From: Candidatus Micrarchaeota archaeon
Lineage (GTDB): Archaea > Micrarchaeota > Micrarchaeia > Anstonellales > Bilamarchaeaceae
Length of the DNA stretch: 64,000 nucleotides
Reading direction: 5' to 3'
NCBI GenBank assembly: GCA_043827025.1
Contig: JBDRPL010000005.1
Location: 35,569 to 99,568 of the forward strand
Part shown: positions 16,785 to 26,661 of the stretch, piece after piece
Layout: each line of letters begins with the position of its first letter
Position numbering within the stretch: the stretch's first letter is position 1
Position numbers and translations under genes: made by a program
The notes under the pieces: generated by a model
Told to the model about the DNA's origin: nothing
Databases searched by the model: none
Seen by the model: the letters and a program-made list of their open reading frames with translations, nothing else

Positions 16785-18695
16785 TTGATGAAACGTGGGC
16801 AGTCTAGTTTAGAGAGCCTTATTATGATTGGCTTTGGGTTGATCATATCGGTGGCATTTTTTTCCATGGCATTCATTTTCATTACTGATTCAATTGCAGC
16901 GCAGCAGGGAAAGGATGCGGCCAATCGGATAGGTAGCGAGATAGATTACGTTTATTCTTCTGGCGTAGGGACAGTGAGATATGTTGATGTTACCTTTCCT
17001 GCAGGCACCCAAAGTGTTCTTGTAGGTGATCATAGAGTCGTTGTCACAGTTCAGCTCTCCAGCGGCACTTCCCAATATTTTGCCAGTACTGATGCCTCTC
17101 TCGTGGGAATGATAGATTCTGAACCTGGACTTGAAAGGGTAAGGATTGAATATCTTGATTCTGAAAAACTCCTAGTTGGCACAGCATCGCTGAGCATGAC
17201 TCCTAAAAGATTGGATTTCGCACTACAGTCAACTGGTTTGGCATCTTCACAAGTGAATGCCTCAAACGAAGGCGCATCTTTACTGAACGGAATCGTTTCA
17301 ACGGTTGACACTTCTATATCTGATATGGTTTCCTTATCAGGAGTTCCAGCATCACTTGCTTCTGGTGCCTCCTCGCTTTTCAATGTCTTGGTCAGTGTTC
17401 CTGGTGGAAAAACACTTGGAATATATTCTGGCTTGGTAACATTGACATCAGCAAGTGGAGAAACAGACAGTACTCTAGTCGTGGTAAATATCCTTGGACA
17501 GACGCCTACATCATGTTCTATTTTACCAAGCATTGCAAATGTTTCTCAGGGCTCATCGCAGGAATTTACCATCTCTTGTCTTGATGCTAACTCATCCAGC
17601 GTATCTTGCCCTGTTTTCACATGGACAACAAATGCTGGCCAAGTGATTCCTCCAACTTCATCGACTTCAACTACGCTCATAGTTACTCAAACATCTGGCA
17701 CATATGTTCTTGCATCTGCAGGTTTCATTTGTTCTGCAACCTTGGTTTTCAATGGCACCACTCTAGATACGCAAGGTCCAATTGCAACAATTCTTTCTCT
17801 AAGCCCAGCATCTCCACAAACAGGAAATTCCATAACTGTTAATGCAACTGGTGATGATACAACAACTGGCAACAACAATATCCAATCCTGCGAAGCAAAG
17901 ATGGATGTTGCAGGTGCATGGAATCTGATGACTGCAGTTGATGGTTCTTACAGTTCGCCGATCGAAAATGTCACCTACACATTCAATCCGCAATCTAAGG
18001 GTTCGCATACTATTTATGTAAGATGCACTGACAGCATAGGCAACCTAGGAAATGAAACTTCAATCGCATTCAATGTTACAAAGCCAATAAAGCCAATTTT
18101 GTTTATTCAGGATGCGGCAGGTGCAACTGCAACTGAAACTTATTGGAAGAGTTGGATAAGTGGCCACACTTCAGCACAAGGATATAATTGGTCCTACGAT
18201 GTCAGTAATGTGGCGGATGTGACTGGTGGAGTGACTGATCCAACTGGCTACAAGATTGTTGTGATGGCGGAATATCCGAATGGAAACGCCCTACTTAATA
18301 GCAATTTAACAAATTACAAAACAGGTGGAGGATATGTGGTGTTATTAGCAAATGCACTTCAAAGAGGCCCACAGAATCTTGGGCTTACAGGATCAACAGG
18401 GAATCAACAAAGCAGAAATGAGATGGAGATCATTACGGCCCATAATATAACCACTGGTTACACCGTAGGCATCCAGTACACGATTCAAAACTCAAATCAA
18501 AATATTTATTACAACAACAATCTGGTGACAAATATAGGCGCTATGGAAACAGGAAGTACCAGAACCATGCTTGGGGAAAATTCTAGGATTCTTACCTATG
18601 GACCAACAAGGCCAGATATATTCAATGCCGATGGGAACACCTTTGCAACAAGAGTGCTTGACTGGGCGCTTGCTCAATCAACAATAGCAGGTTGA
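16785..18695 (+). CDS. large pilin-like surface protein / adhesin with class III signal peptide
   Basis: 636 aa; N-terminal MMKRGQSSLESLIMIGFGLIISVAFF; long Ser/Thr-rich extracellular region. Confidence 0.7.
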   Translation: MMKRGQSSLESLIMIGFGLIISVAFFSMAFIFITDSIAAQQGKDAANRIGSEIDYVYSSGVGTVRYVDVTFPAGTQSVLVGDHRVVVTVQLSSGTSQYFASTDASLVGMIDSEPGLERVRIEYLDSEKLLVGTASLSMTPKRLDFALQSTGLASSQVNASNEGASLLNGIVSTVDTSISDMVSLSGVPASLASGASSLFNVLVSVPGGKTLGIYSGLVTLTSASGETDSTLVVVNILGQTPTSCSILPSIANVSQGSSQEFTISCLDANSSSVSCPVFTWTTNAGQVIPPTSSTSTTLIVTQTSGTYVLASAGFICSATLVFNGTTLDTQGPIATILSLSPASPQTGNSITVNATGDDTTTGNNNIQSCEAKMDVAGAWNLMTAVDGSYSSPIENVTYTFNPQSKGSHTIYVRCTDSIGNLGNETSIAFNVTKPIKPILFIQDAAGATATETYWKSWISGHTSAQGYNWSYDVSNVADVTGGVTDPTGYKIVVMAEYPNGNALLNSNLTNYKTGGGYVVLLANALQRGPQNLGLTGSTGNQQSRNEMEIITAHNITTGYTVGIQYTIQNSNQNIYYNNNLVTNIGAMETGSTRTMLGENSRILTYGPTRPDIFNADGNTFATRVLDWALAQSTIAG

Positions 18696-18699
18696 TTTC

Positions 18700-19104
18700 A
18701 TGAAAGGGCAGGCAAGTATGGAATTCCTTATCTTCGTATGCATTGGCATGTTCTTTCTTCTAATTTCAGTTGTTTTCTATGCGGACAGAATCTTCGAGGT
18801 TTCTGAATTCCAGATTGTTTCTGAGATGAGAGGGATTTGCAACACCCTTTCAAGTTCAGCAAGCATGGTCTACACTGGGAAGGATGGAACAAACATCTCA
18901 CTTTCCTTTCCAGAAGAGATATACGGAAAACCCTATTTTATCAGAGTCAACAGCATTGACAAGACAGTTGCAATTGCAAGGGACAATTCCACCATGGTCG
19001 CCTGTTCATTTTTCGTTAATGCCTCCAATGGCCTAAACAACACGTTCGAAGCATCAAAATCACCTGTTCTGCAGAACAGGAAAGGGGTGGTTGTGTTTGG
19101 CTAA
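18700..19104 (+). CDS. pilin-like protein (class III signal peptide)
   Basis: 134 aa; MKGQASMEFLIFVCIGMFFLLISVVF. Confidence 0.65.
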   Translation: MKGQASMEFLIFVCIGMFFLLISVVFYADRIFEVSEFQIVSEMRGICNTLSSSASMVYTGKDGTNISLSFPEEIYGKPYFIRVNSIDKTVAIARDNSTMVACSFFVNASNGLNNTFEASKSPVLQNRKGVVVFG

Positions 19105-19555
19105 TTCACTTGATTTCATGTTTTCCACATTCATCTTTCTGATAGTGTTCATGTATTTGATACTTCTTTATTCGAATTACGTTGACAAGTATAATATCGA
19201 AGAAGTAAAGAGGGCTTTGGAAAGCGAGGCTCTGTCAGCATCAGAAATACTTGTTAAGACCCAAGGTGTTCCATACAATTGGGAAAAAAATACGAGCCAG
19301 ATATATTCGATTGGTTTGGCAAACAGCGAAAACGTGCTTGATGGTGATAAAGTATCATTCATCTCCAGCCTAAATTATGATTTGTTGAAAAATTATACTG
19401 GTTTTAGCAGGGATTATTACCTAAGATTGAAAACAATTTCAGGAACAACTGTTTTTGAGAAAGGCAATTCAACTGGTGAACTCTCGGTTTCCATAATACG
19501 CACTGTGATATATAACAATTCGATTGCGCGTCTGACGGTGAGGCTCTATGGTTAA
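19091..19555 (+). CDS. membrane-anchored minor pilin-like / hypothetical protein of the pilus locus
   Basis: 154 aa ORF; likely start at the internal Met (MFSTFIFLIVFMYLILLYS); single N-terminal TM helix. Confidence 0.45.
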   Translation: MCLANSLDFMFSTFIFLIVFMYLILLYSNYVDKYNIEEVKRALESEALSASEILVKTQGVPYNWEKNTSQIYSIGLANSENVLDGDKVSFISSLNYDLLKNYTGFSRDYYLRLKTISGTTVFEKGNSTGELSVSIIRTVIYNNSIARLTVRLYG

Positions 19556-19940
19556 TTTCACTGTTGATGCGCTTTTCGCAGTTCTCATTGCCATAATCTT
19601 CCTTTTTGCAATAGGAGGGTTCATATCGGAAACAGACAAATTTCAGGATTCCTATGTCATCAACGATATCCTCATAGTCCTTGACAAGCAAAACACACTA
19701 TCGACATTTGATTCTGCGACAATCAACAACTCTCTTGACATTCTTTTAGATGCAAATTATAGGTTAGAGATCACAACTTATAATGCGACGTCATTTGCTT
19801 TGCTAAGAAACATGGCGATTGGGCAGAATCTTCCGCAGATCAATGACTATGAGATAATGACTGCTGACAGGTATTTTGTGCAGTCTGCAGGAAATCGGAT
19901 ACAGAACCTGTCAAAGGCGAGGTTGTACGCATGGCGCTGA
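19548..19940 (+). CDS. pilin-like protein
   Basis: 130 aa; N-terminal hydrophobic helix VDALFAVLIAIIFLFAIGGFI. Confidence 0.55.
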   Translation: MVNFTVDALFAVLIAIIFLFAIGGFISETDKFQDSYVINDILIVLDKQNTLSTFDSATINNSLDILLDANYRLEITTYNATSFALLRNMAIGQNLPQINDYEIMTADRYFVQSAGNRIQNLSKARLYAWR

Positions 19941-20725
19941 CTTCAAACAATGGAACAACGAATGCCAAGAAAGGCATATTTCTTGTAGTATCAGTGTTTG
20001 TGATGATGCTTGCCTTGTTTGCCATGTCATCTCTTTTGTACAACATACAAACTCAGAAGAAGAATGCGATGTCAGGCACGCTTTTGCTTTCGACAATGAA
20101 TGAAAAGGCTTCAAACCTTGGTTACATAGCAGGAAAAATCTATTCTTCATCAGGAAGGTCAGTAAGCAGGTTTGGGGATTATGTTCAGATAATACAGGAT
20201 GATAATCTTTCTTCCAACTTGGACTATAACCTTAACCTAATAGTTTCATTGACTAATTTTACAAATTCGTCCCTTTCAATATCTGACAAGCGAAGGGTTT
20301 ATTTCGGTGAACAGCAGGCTCAATTCATTTACTTTTCTGTTCCCAATACCACGATAAACGTAAATACCACTTATCTTCATATAGGTGTGCATATGTCCTG
20401 CACCAACCTTTCATCTTCCTGGTCTTCAAGAAGTTCAGGGAATAGAAATGTCTCAGTATATGTTGACTGCACGAATTCCGGATCCTACGTCAGTGTTTTG
20501 GATAGCATACAATCAGGCATTTTGAATGTCACTGATAGTGGAGAAACTGTAATTTCAATAGACGTGAATGACAGGGTGCAAATCATGAAATACAGAGGCG
20601 CATATTTAAATATGATAACGAAGATGAATGAAACATCTCCTGCAGGCTTAAACGGTTCGATATCCGTTTCAAGAGGCAGTGCAAACAAGAATTCGATATT
20701 ATGGATGGATGGCTATGTTGGTTAG
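19931..20725 (+). CDS. pilin-like protein (class III signal peptide)
   Basis: 264 aa; NAKKGIFLVVSVFVMMLALFAMSSLLY; N-glycosylation sequon-rich (many N-x-S/T). Confidence 0.6.
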   Translation: MALTSNNGTTNAKKGIFLVVSVFVMMLALFAMSSLLYNIQTQKKNAMSGTLLLSTMNEKASNLGYIAGKIYSSSGRSVSRFGDYVQIIQDDNLSSNLDYNLNLIVSLTNFTNSSLSISDKRRVYFGEQQAQFIYFSVPNTTINVNTTYLHIGVHMSCTNLSSSWSSRSSGNRNVSVYVDCTNSGSYVSVLDSIQSGILNVTDSGETVISIDVNDRVQIMKYRGAYLNMITKMNETSPAGLNGSISVSRGSANKNSILWMDGYVG

Positions 20726-21359
20726 TGAATTGATGAGGAAGGAGTTTATTTCCATAGATGCAAATCAGAGCCTGCTTTACATCATAAAATTGTTTGCGAA
20801 ACATGGTGTACATGAGGCTCCTGTCATAAACAATAAGCTTTTCCTTGGCCTTGTTTCGGATAGGGAGATATCTCGTGCAATTGTCAGCAGGCCGTGGTTC
20901 AAGAAACCCTTCATGAAATCACGCGATGATTTTGAGGGGCTAAAGGCAATCGATGTTGTCAATAAATCTCCCCTTAAACTCAAGCCTGATGACTCTGTGA
21001 TTAATGCCATACTTGACATGGGTTCAAAACACATTAACATAATCCCTGTTCTTGATAAAGGAGTGCTTGTAGGCATAATTACTGGAAAGGATATAATCCA
21101 GTATCTTTCCCTAGATATTGCTAAACAAACAATTTCCAAAACAGATGACTCTACTGTCAAGTCGCTCATAGATTCCTTTCTTTTGATAATAAGGAACTCA
21201 AAGAAGATAAATGCGCAGAAGGTTGCGAAGATGCTTAAGATACGGGTGGAAAAGGCTGAAGAGATTGCAAAAGCGCTTGAATCGCACCATCTTATAGCGA
21301 TTGAATATTCTCTTTCAGGAAACATGATTTTGAGGGATAAAAATGCTGGACAAATATAA
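20679..21359 (+). CDS. CBS-domain pair protein with a C-terminal winged-HTH
   Basis: 226 aa (probable start at the internal MAMLVSELMRKEF); two CBS motifs (GVHEAPVINNKLFLGLVSDREI and INIIPVLDKGVLVGIITGKDIIQYL); C-terminal KVAKMLKIRVEKAEEIAKALESHHLIAIE. Confidence 0.7.
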   Translation: MQTRIRYYGWMAMLVSELMRKEFISIDANQSLLYIIKLFAKHGVHEAPVINNKLFLGLVSDREISRAIVSRPWFKKPFMKSRDDFEGLKAIDVVNKSPLKLKPDDSVINAILDMGSKHINIIPVLDKGVLVGIITGKDIIQYLSLDIAKQTISKTDDSTVKSLIDSFLLIIRNSKKINAQKVAKMLKIRVEKAEEIAKALESHHLIAIEYSLSGNMILRDKNAGQI

Positions 21360-22812
21360 CATTCGTGAAAACCATACTACTTTGCAGGTGACCATAGACA
21401 AGGACGAAACATCATACACTGACGTTTATAAGTTGTCAATCCCAAAAATATCCGAAGCAACTCTTGCTTATGTAGACAGCATAAAAACAGACCTTTTGAA
21501 AGACATCACCATCTCAAAGACGGAGATACTTGATGAATCCAAAATGGATGTGCTTAAACAATATTTACATTCAGAAGCAACAAAAAGGCAGAAATCTTTC
21601 ATGCCTGATGCTGATGAGGACACATTATGCTACGTTTCTTGTACAATCGTTAGGGATATGCTTGGGCTTGGGGAGATCGAGTTTCTTCTTGCAGATGAAA
21701 ATCTTGAGGAAATATGCGTGAATGGGGCGCAATTCGCAATCTGGGTATATCATAAAAAGCATGGCTGGCTGAAAACGAATCTCAAACCAAAAAGCGAGAT
21801 GGAAATACGGAATTATTCAGCATCCATAGGCCGAAGGGTGGGCAGGCAAATAACGGTCCAGGACCCTCTTTTAGACGCCCATTTGATCACAGGCGACCGT
21901 GTCAATGCGACCCTCTCGCCAATATCTGCATTTGGAAACACAATCACCATAAGAAAGTTTGCAAGAAAACCCTGGACTGTTGTGGACCTTATCAAGAATG
22001 GAACACTTGATTTTGAATCAACCGCATTTCTGTGGATGTGTCTTCAGTATGAATTGAATCTCATAGTTTCAGGGGGAACAGGCTCAGGAAAAACCTCGTT
22101 TCTCAATTCTCTTTCATCATTTTTCCCTCCAAACCAAAGAACCATAAGCATAGAGCAGACAAGGGAGATAGTTCTTCCAAAATACCTGCAATGGGTGCCA
22201 TTGGTTATAAGGGAAGCCACGGGCGAAGGGAAAGGCCAGGTCGGCATGCTTGACCTTATGATAAATTCATTAAGAATGAGGCCTGACCGCATCATAGTCG
22301 GCGAAGTCAGGTCGAGCGATGAGGCCCAGGTGCTATTCGAAGCAATGCATACTGGCCATTCTGTTTACGCAACAATGCATGCAGAAACTGCCTATGAATC
22401 TCTCAGAAGGCTGACAAATAAGCCAATTGATATTCCTTCGGTTGTGCTTGGCTCATTGCATCTTATTGCAGTGATGTATCGCGACAGGCGCTCTGGAATA
22501 CGCCGTCTTTTTGAGGTTGTAGAATTGCTTCCAACTGAAAGGAAAGAGGACATGTCCATACGTTTCCTCTATAAATGGAGGCCGTTTAAGGACACTATCT
22601 CCACAAGTGAAAACAGTGTAAGGTGTTTTGATACGATAAAGACATTCACAAGGATGGATGAGGATGCTATCAAAAGAGATCTTGCTGAAAAAGAGCAGAT
22701 CCTAAGGTGGCTTGTAAAGAATGATGTTAATGATGTTGATAAATTCGGTGCGCAGATAGGCGAGTATTATTTCGATAAGGAAGCGTTCCTCAAGAAATTG
22801 AAAATTAAATAG
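21343..22812 (+). CDS. type IV pilus / archaellum-type secretion ATPase (PilB/FlaI/TadA, VirB11-like)
   Basis: 489 aa; Walker A SGGTGSGKTSFLNSL, Walker B DRIIVGEVRSSDE, His-box HTGHSVYATMHAET. Confidence 0.9.
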   Translation: MLDKYNIRENHTTLQVTIDKDETSYTDVYKLSIPKISEATLAYVDSIKTDLLKDITISKTEILDESKMDVLKQYLHSEATKRQKSFMPDADEDTLCYVSCTIVRDMLGLGEIEFLLADENLEEICVNGAQFAIWVYHKKHGWLKTNLKPKSEMEIRNYSASIGRRVGRQITVQDPLLDAHLITGDRVNATLSPISAFGNTITIRKFARKPWTVVDLIKNGTLDFESTAFLWMCLQYELNLIVSGGTGSGKTSFLNSLSSFFPPNQRTISIEQTREIVLPKYLQWVPLVIREATGEGKGQVGMLDLMINSLRMRPDRIIVGEVRSSDEAQVLFEAMHTGHSVYATMHAETAYESLRRLTNKPIDIPSVVLGSLHLIAVMYRDRRSGIRRLFEVVELLPTERKEDMSIRFLYKWRPFKDTISTSENSVRCFDTIKTFTRMDEDAIKRDLAEKEQILRWLVKNDVNDVDKFGAQIGEYYFDKEAFLKKLKIK

Positions 22813-22821
22813 TGTAGGGTT

Positions 22822-23706
22822 ATGCAAATGAGGGTTCCGTTTATATTGCCTGACAGGCTTTCAGACATTCTTTCAAGGCCATTTAGCATTCCAATGGCAT
22901 ATCTAGCAAAGCTTTTCCCTGAAACTTCAGGTGCGCTTGAGCTTTCTGAAATAAAAATGAAGGACGTGGAATATCTGAGAAAGGCGCTGATAAATGCGTT
23001 TTTCGTAGGAATCATCCTTGGTTTTTCATTCTATCTCTTTGCTTTCAGGATGAAAGTTTCAGATTCAATCCTATTTTTTGGCTCGATATTCTTTGGTGTT
23101 GCATTGTTTTTTGGATATTTCTTTTATCTTGTAATATTTCCTAACTGGCTGATTGTGAAAAGATCTCAGGAAATAGACGAATACCTTATATTTGCAATGA
23201 GGCACATTTCCGTGCAGGTGAGTGCAGGTGTTCCTGTTTTTGATGCCATTCAGTCAGCATCAACAGGTTATGGGGCAGTTTCCAAAGAATTTAGAAAAAT
23301 AGTTACAAATGTCAACGGGGGCCAGGATTTTGCTGATGCCATAGATGAGAGTGCAGAAAAATCCCCATCAACATATTACAGGAGGATAATGTGGCAACTT
23401 TCCAACTCAACCCGGTCAGGCTATGCTATAAAAGACATACTAAAGGAATTGGTTGATTTCCTAACTGATGACCAAAAAACAAGGCTCAAGAAATTCGGTT
23501 CTGAGTTGAATGTCATTTCCATATTTTATCTTTCAACTGCAATCATACTTCCAACATTGGGGTTGATATTCGTAATAATCGCCTCTTCTTTCGGAGTAGT
23601 GAGTCCAAATACTGCAGTACTTTCGATGTTTGTATTTCTTATAACTCTTTTCAATTTGATATTTCTAGGGTTGATAAAGTCCAAGAGGCCAAGGGGGATA
23701 ATGTAA
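22822..23706 (+). CDS. pilus assembly membrane platform protein, TadB/FlaJ-like (first half)
   Basis: 294 aa; polytopic, T2SS-F-like domain; abuts the next gene (shared base at 23706). Confidence 0.75.
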   Translation: MQMRVPFILPDRLSDILSRPFSIPMAYLAKLFPETSGALELSEIKMKDVEYLRKALINAFFVGIILGFSFYLFAFRMKVSDSILFFGSIFFGVALFFGYFFYLVIFPNWLIVKRSQEIDEYLIFAMRHISVQVSAGVPVFDAIQSASTGYGAVSKEFRKIVTNVNGGQDFADAIDESAEKSPSTYYRRIMWQLSNSTRSGYAIKDILKELVDFLTDDQKTRLKKFGSELNVISIFYLSTAIILPTLGLIFVIIASSFGVVSPNTAVLSMFVFLITLFNLIFLGLIKSKRPRGIM

Positions 23707-24638
23707 TGATTGTCGAAAACATAGGAACACTTTTGAAATATTGCGACATCGATATCAATGCAAGGAAGTTTCTTCTTTTTGTGATCTGGTTCCCATTAGG
23801 CATTTCCTTAGTATTCCCTATCATGTTTAATGCAGACCTCTTGCTTGGTTTCGTACTTTTCATAGTTTCATCAGTATTTATAGTGCTAACTATTTTTGCT
23901 TACCTGTATATGATAAAGAACAAAAGGGCAGAGCTTGTAGAGGCTAACCTTCCGGATTATCTTTTGCTTGTTGCCAATAACATAAGGAGCGGGATACCTC
24001 CTGAAAAGGCGCTCATGATCTCAGCTAAAAAAGAGTTTGGCGTATTAAGCAAGGAAGTTATGGGTGTGATGAAGCTTTCCTTTTCAGGTAAGTCCTTGGA
24101 AGAGATTCTTCCGGAGATAAGTGCAAGGATAGACTCTGAGGTTCTCAGAAATTCCATAAACCTGATTGTCGAAGGGATGCAATCTGGAGGAGAATTGCCT
24201 TCGCTTCTTGAAAGGACGTCCTATGACCTAAGGAGCTTTGAATCAGTGAGAAAAGACATAAAATCAGTCATAACTACCTATGAATTGTTTATTGCAGCTG
24301 CAGCTTCATTTGCAGCGCCTTTGTTGCTTGCAACATCCACTTACATCGTTCAGATAATGACCTCTTTAAAGTCAAGGATTCCGGAGGACATTGCAGCAGG
24401 TTCTATTCCAGTTTTCAAGCAAAGCGAGATTGCAATAACCTCGGATGACCTTCTTATATTTTCATTTGTCTCCATCTTCATCACTGCATTTTTTGCATCT
24501 CTTGCAATTGGCTTGATGTCAAAAGGAAAAATAGTTGAAGGTGTAAAGAGCATTCCAATGCTTGTGGCTTTGGGGTTAGCACTTTTTTTCATATTCAGGC
24601 TGCTTCTCCAGGGGATGCTTGGGAATCTTATTGTCTAG
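23706..24638 (+). CDS. pilus assembly membrane platform protein, TadC/FlaJ-like (second half)
   Basis: 310 aa; polytopic T2SS-F-like domain; together with the previous ORF corresponds to the two domains of single-chain archaeal FlaJ. Confidence 0.75.
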   Translation: MIVENIGTLLKYCDIDINARKFLLFVIWFPLGISLVFPIMFNADLLLGFVLFIVSSVFIVLTIFAYLYMIKNKRAELVEANLPDYLLLVANNIRSGIPPEKALMISAKKEFGVLSKEVMGVMKLSFSGKSLEEILPEISARIDSEVLRNSINLIVEGMQSGGELPSLLERTSYDLRSFESVRKDIKSVITTYELFIAAAASFAAPLLLATSTYIVQIMTSLKSRIPEDIAAGSIPVFKQSEIAITSDDLLIFSFVSIFITAFFASLAIGLMSKGKIVEGVKSIPMLVALGLALFFIFRLLLQGMLGNLIV

Positions 24639-24656
24639 TATTTGCTAGAATATTTT

Positions 24657-25187
24657 CTAGATTTTTATAACTTTATCACAGAGCTGGGATATTGTAGGAG
24701 TCATCTTTTCAATCTTTGGGTCGTTGATGCCTATTGCAATTGCTTTTATTCCAAGTATTTTTGATTTCTTCATTAGGTAATAAAAGAAACGCGTTGTTGT
24801 ATCCACTTCATTGTAAAGTGTAGTGCCATTTATCAAATCAAATATTATGAATTTGAATCTGCCAGTGTTCAGGTTTTTCGTCATCAATATAGATAGTTCT
24901 GTAAGTGATCCTGGGCTTTTTATCCTTGTAAGTCCTTCTGCGTCGTTTTTTCCAGTTGCAATTATTTGAACCTTGGATTTATCTATGCCCTGTTTTTTGA
25001 AATCCTCAAGTATCGAATTGAAATCTTTGTTAGTACTTACATATATTCCAGCCATCTTTTGCTTTGAAATCAGGTTTTTCAAGAGTTTTGATGAAAGATA
25101 GGCGTAATCTTCAGTATTGGTCAAAACAATGGCGCTGTTTATTTTTTTGATTACACCCAACTCGGAATATTGGTTCTTCATGTTCAC
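24657..25187 (-). CDS. hypothetical protein, KaiC/RecA-like fold without a Walker A motif (DUF835-like)
   Basis: 176 aa; IYVSTNKDFNSILEDFKKQGID and KFIIFDLINGTTLYN resemble KaiC/RadA strands but there is no GxxxxGK[ST]. Confidence 0.4.
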   Translation of the reverse strand: MNMKNQYSELGVIKKINSAIVLTNTEDYAYLSSKLLKNLISKQKMAGIYVSTNKDFNSILEDFKKQGIDKSKVQIIATGKNDAEGLTRIKSPGSLTELSILMTKNLNTGRFKFIIFDLINGTTLYNEVDTTTRFFYYLMKKSKILGIKAIAIGINDPKIEKMTPTISQLCDKVIKI

Positions 25188-25756
25188 TGCCTCTTCCTGC
25201 CATATTGCTCGTAAAACACCAATTCTTCCAAGGATTTCCTTTCCTTTTCTTTCTGATATGCTCCTTTTTTCTCATAACCAAGGCCAATGCCAAGTATCGC
25301 TTCCTTATCTTTTGGAACGTTCAGGAGCCTGTTCGTTTCATTAACCTTGAGCGAAAGGATGCAGTTGCCAATGCCAAGCGAAGTTGCCTCGAAACACATG
25401 CTTGTCAATGCTGCACCTGAATTAAGATACCTGTGCTTTGGAAAAATCCCCATTGCTTCTGCATGGGCAGCTGCCTTTTCCTTAGTATGGACTTCTTCGC
25501 TCAGTATGACAAGTATTACTTTGGGTATGGAATGGAAGAAACCATAGTAAACAGAATCCATTATTTTTTCGATTTTCTTTTTGTCTCTGACCACTATAAA
25601 ATACCAGGGTTGGCTGTTCAATGAACTTGGAGATAACCTGCCCGCCTCAAGAATCTTGGTTATGTCTGTTTCTTTGACATTCTAGTCTGTGAACTCATAG
25701 GTTGTCTTCCGTTCATTCGCCAGCTTGAGAAAATCGCATCTTTTGTTGAATAGCAT
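25184..25756 (-). pseudogene. nitroreductase-family gene interrupted by an in-frame TAG (amber) codon
   Basis: Manual reverse-strand translation gives MLFNKRCDFLKLANERKTTYEFTD-TAG-NVKETDITKILEAGRLSPSSLNSQPWYFIVVRDKK... The TAG lies at 25682-25684. The ORF track shows only the C-terminal 145 aa, started at an internal TTG. Confidence 0.6.
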
Positions 25757-25765
25757 GTTCTCGCC

Positions 25766-26566
25766 TCAGAATATCTCTGCATCAGGATAAACTTCAATGC
25801 CTTCCTTCTTGATCTCCATTGGCAGGAGCCTTAATGGATGTTCAGTGAAGTCTAATTTCCTTATCTGCAATGCCCTTACGTATATTGCCTGGTCTGATTT
25901 TGCTATCAGGTGAAGCATGAATACTCCGTTTGCAACAAATTCCTCGAATCCGCTTGCAGAGAATGCCCTTTCCCCTTCCTTTACATCTGAAATGGCAAGA
26001 GCAGTGCATCCTCTTTTTCGCATTATTGTTCTAAGCTGTGACAGTGCTTTCCTTACATCATAAGTGCTTTCAAAATATGCAGTTATGAAACTGAAGGGGT
26101 TTACAACAACTCTTTTAGCCCCCATCTTTTCCACTTCATCTTCTATTAATTCTTTGAGAACATCAAACCTATAAACCTCAGGCCTTAGGACAACTAATTT
26201 CTTCTCTTTTATAAGTTTTCTAAGGTCTGGCCAGTGCATTTCCATTGCTTCTATAACTTCGTCGACTTCTTCTTCTAAGCTAATGTATAATCCTGGTTCG
26301 CCATTCTGCGCGCCATAGTAAAGGAACTGCATGGCAAAGGTTGCCTTTCCGCTTCCAGAATAGCCTGAAAGGAGATTAAGCGTTCCTACAGGTATTCCGC
26401 CTTCAATTACAGAATCAAGGCCTTCAATGCCTGTTTTGCACCTTTCTTTTTTCTTAGGCTCCTTTTGTGTCTTTTCAATTTTTTCAGCAGTACCTTTTGG
26501 AACCTCAGCTTTCTGTTTCATCCTTGCTGCAAGCTCTTTTGTCTTGTTACGTTTCTTCGAAGGCAT
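25766..26566 (-). CDS. KaiC-like / RecA-superfamily ATPase with a Lys-rich N-terminal extension
   Basis: 266 aa; Walker A LSGYSGSGKATFAMQF; KaiC motif IEGLDSVIEGGIPVGT; Walker B VVLRPEV; N-terminal about 45 aa rich in K/E. Confidence 0.85.
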   Translation of the reverse strand: MPSKKRNKTKELAARMKQKAEVPKGTAEKIEKTQKEPKKKERCKTGIEGLDSVIEGGIPVGTLNLLSGYSGSGKATFAMQFLYYGAQNGEPGLYISLEEEVDEVIEAMEMHWPDLRKLIKEKKLVVLRPEVYRFDVLKELIEDEVEKMGAKRVVVNPFSFITAYFESTYDVRKALSQLRTIMRKRGCTALAISDVKEGERAFSASGFEEFVANGVFMLHLIAKSDQAIYVRALQIRKLDFTEHPLRLLPMEIKKEGIEVYPDAEIF

Positions 26567-26661
26567 GAATAAAGCACCAATCTAATATTTAAAAATCATA
26601 CTGTCTTCTGAAATCTGCTGTTTTTCATAAAACATTTAAACATTTCCTGTTCATTATACTT

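Noticed and set aside
22822-24638. The two platform genes being a single frameshifted flaJ
   Set aside because: Not rejected outright: the first ORF ends and the second begins on the same base with a proper ATG, and each half has its own T2SS-F-like domain, so a genuine split is favoured, but a frameshift cannot be excluded without reads
25682-25684. Possible genome-wide TAG recoding (e.g. pyrrolysine or sense reassignment) suggested by the in-frame amber in the nitroreductase
   Set aside because: TAG is the terminator of several well-conserved genes in the window at their expected C-termini (aEF-1beta, S4, the zinc-ribbon gene), so a global reassignment is unlikely; local pseudogene or sequencing error preferred
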